A stretch of 63,497 nt of DNA, the filler included, from Octopus bimaculoides (Eukaryota), in the NCBI RefSeq assembly GCF_001194135.2. It is 7 parts of 7 records of this genome, joined end to end, with 100 filler letters (N's around TTAATTAATTAA, not from the genome) between each part and the next. Parts side by side here need not be neighbours in the genome. Positions count along the whole stretch, not along the records: positions 61,543 to 63,497 come from NW_026424768.1; 6 more parts are not named here. One strand, 5' to 3'. Positions 63,290 through 63,497 of this stretch are shown in pieces (the first letter of the stretch is position 1; every line of letters starts with the position of its first letter). A program made the translations under genes and the position numbers. The notes under the pieces are model-generated. The model made no database searches. It was not told where the DNA came from and worked only from the letters and a program-made list of their open reading frames with translations.

Positions 63290-63497
63290 CCTGCTTAGGT
63301 GAGATGATCTTGTCTATGAGGTACTTGGTGACATCACCAGTGCTGGTGCCACAGAAAAACACCCACTAGACTCTGTGAGATGGCATGTGTTACAGCAGGC
63401 ATTCAGCCATAGAGACAATGCCAAAACAGACATTGGAACTCGGTGCAGTCTTTGCTCGGCTCATCATCTTAAACTATCAAACCCATACCAGCATGGG
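63290..63497 (+). mobile_element. Degenerate SINE-like 3' module running off the window end
   Basis: CCAGTGCTGGTGCCAC..AAAA.CACCCA...GGCATTCAGCC.TAGA.AC.ATGCCAAA...ACCCATACCAGCATGG; family assignment from memory only. Confidence 0.45.

Noticed and set aside
1-63497. CRISPR array, rRNA, intact tRNA or prokaryotic operon
   Set aside because: No regularly spaced repeat-spacer array, no rRNA signature, the only tRNA-like sequences are decayed, and the DNA is clearly eukaryotic.

Overview
AT-rich, gap-ridden eukaryotic DNA packed with microsatellites and transposon remnants. The repeat content and the tRNA-headed SINEs resemble an octopus-type cephalopod genome; this is an inference from remembered repeat families, not a database hit. 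Almost all long ORFs in the supplied track are artefacts of N runs or dinucleotide repeats. Supported features: mariner/Tc1-superfamily remnants (one near-full-length Hsmar1-like mariner nested in a pogo-like MITE, a 218-bp mariner MITE, irritans-, maT- and rosa-like fragments), a Gypsy integrase fragment, several R4/Dong-type RLE LINEs, Tx1/L1, CR1-like and RTE fragments, about four tRNA-derived SINE families, and a decayed tRNA-Arg-headed mini-SINE. No host gene can be named. The most notable signal is a set of at least four unrelated non-coding repeat families, three arranged as long inverted repeats, each carrying a minimal type-I hammerhead-ribozyme motif typical of Penelope-like element termini, with core variants CCGAUGA, CUGUUGA and CUAAUGA. 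Second is a CpG-rich promoter-like island at 15.4-15.7 kb with a candidate signal-peptide exon that may splice about 42.5 kb downstream. All folds, alignments and exon calls were made by hand and need computational and experimental checks.
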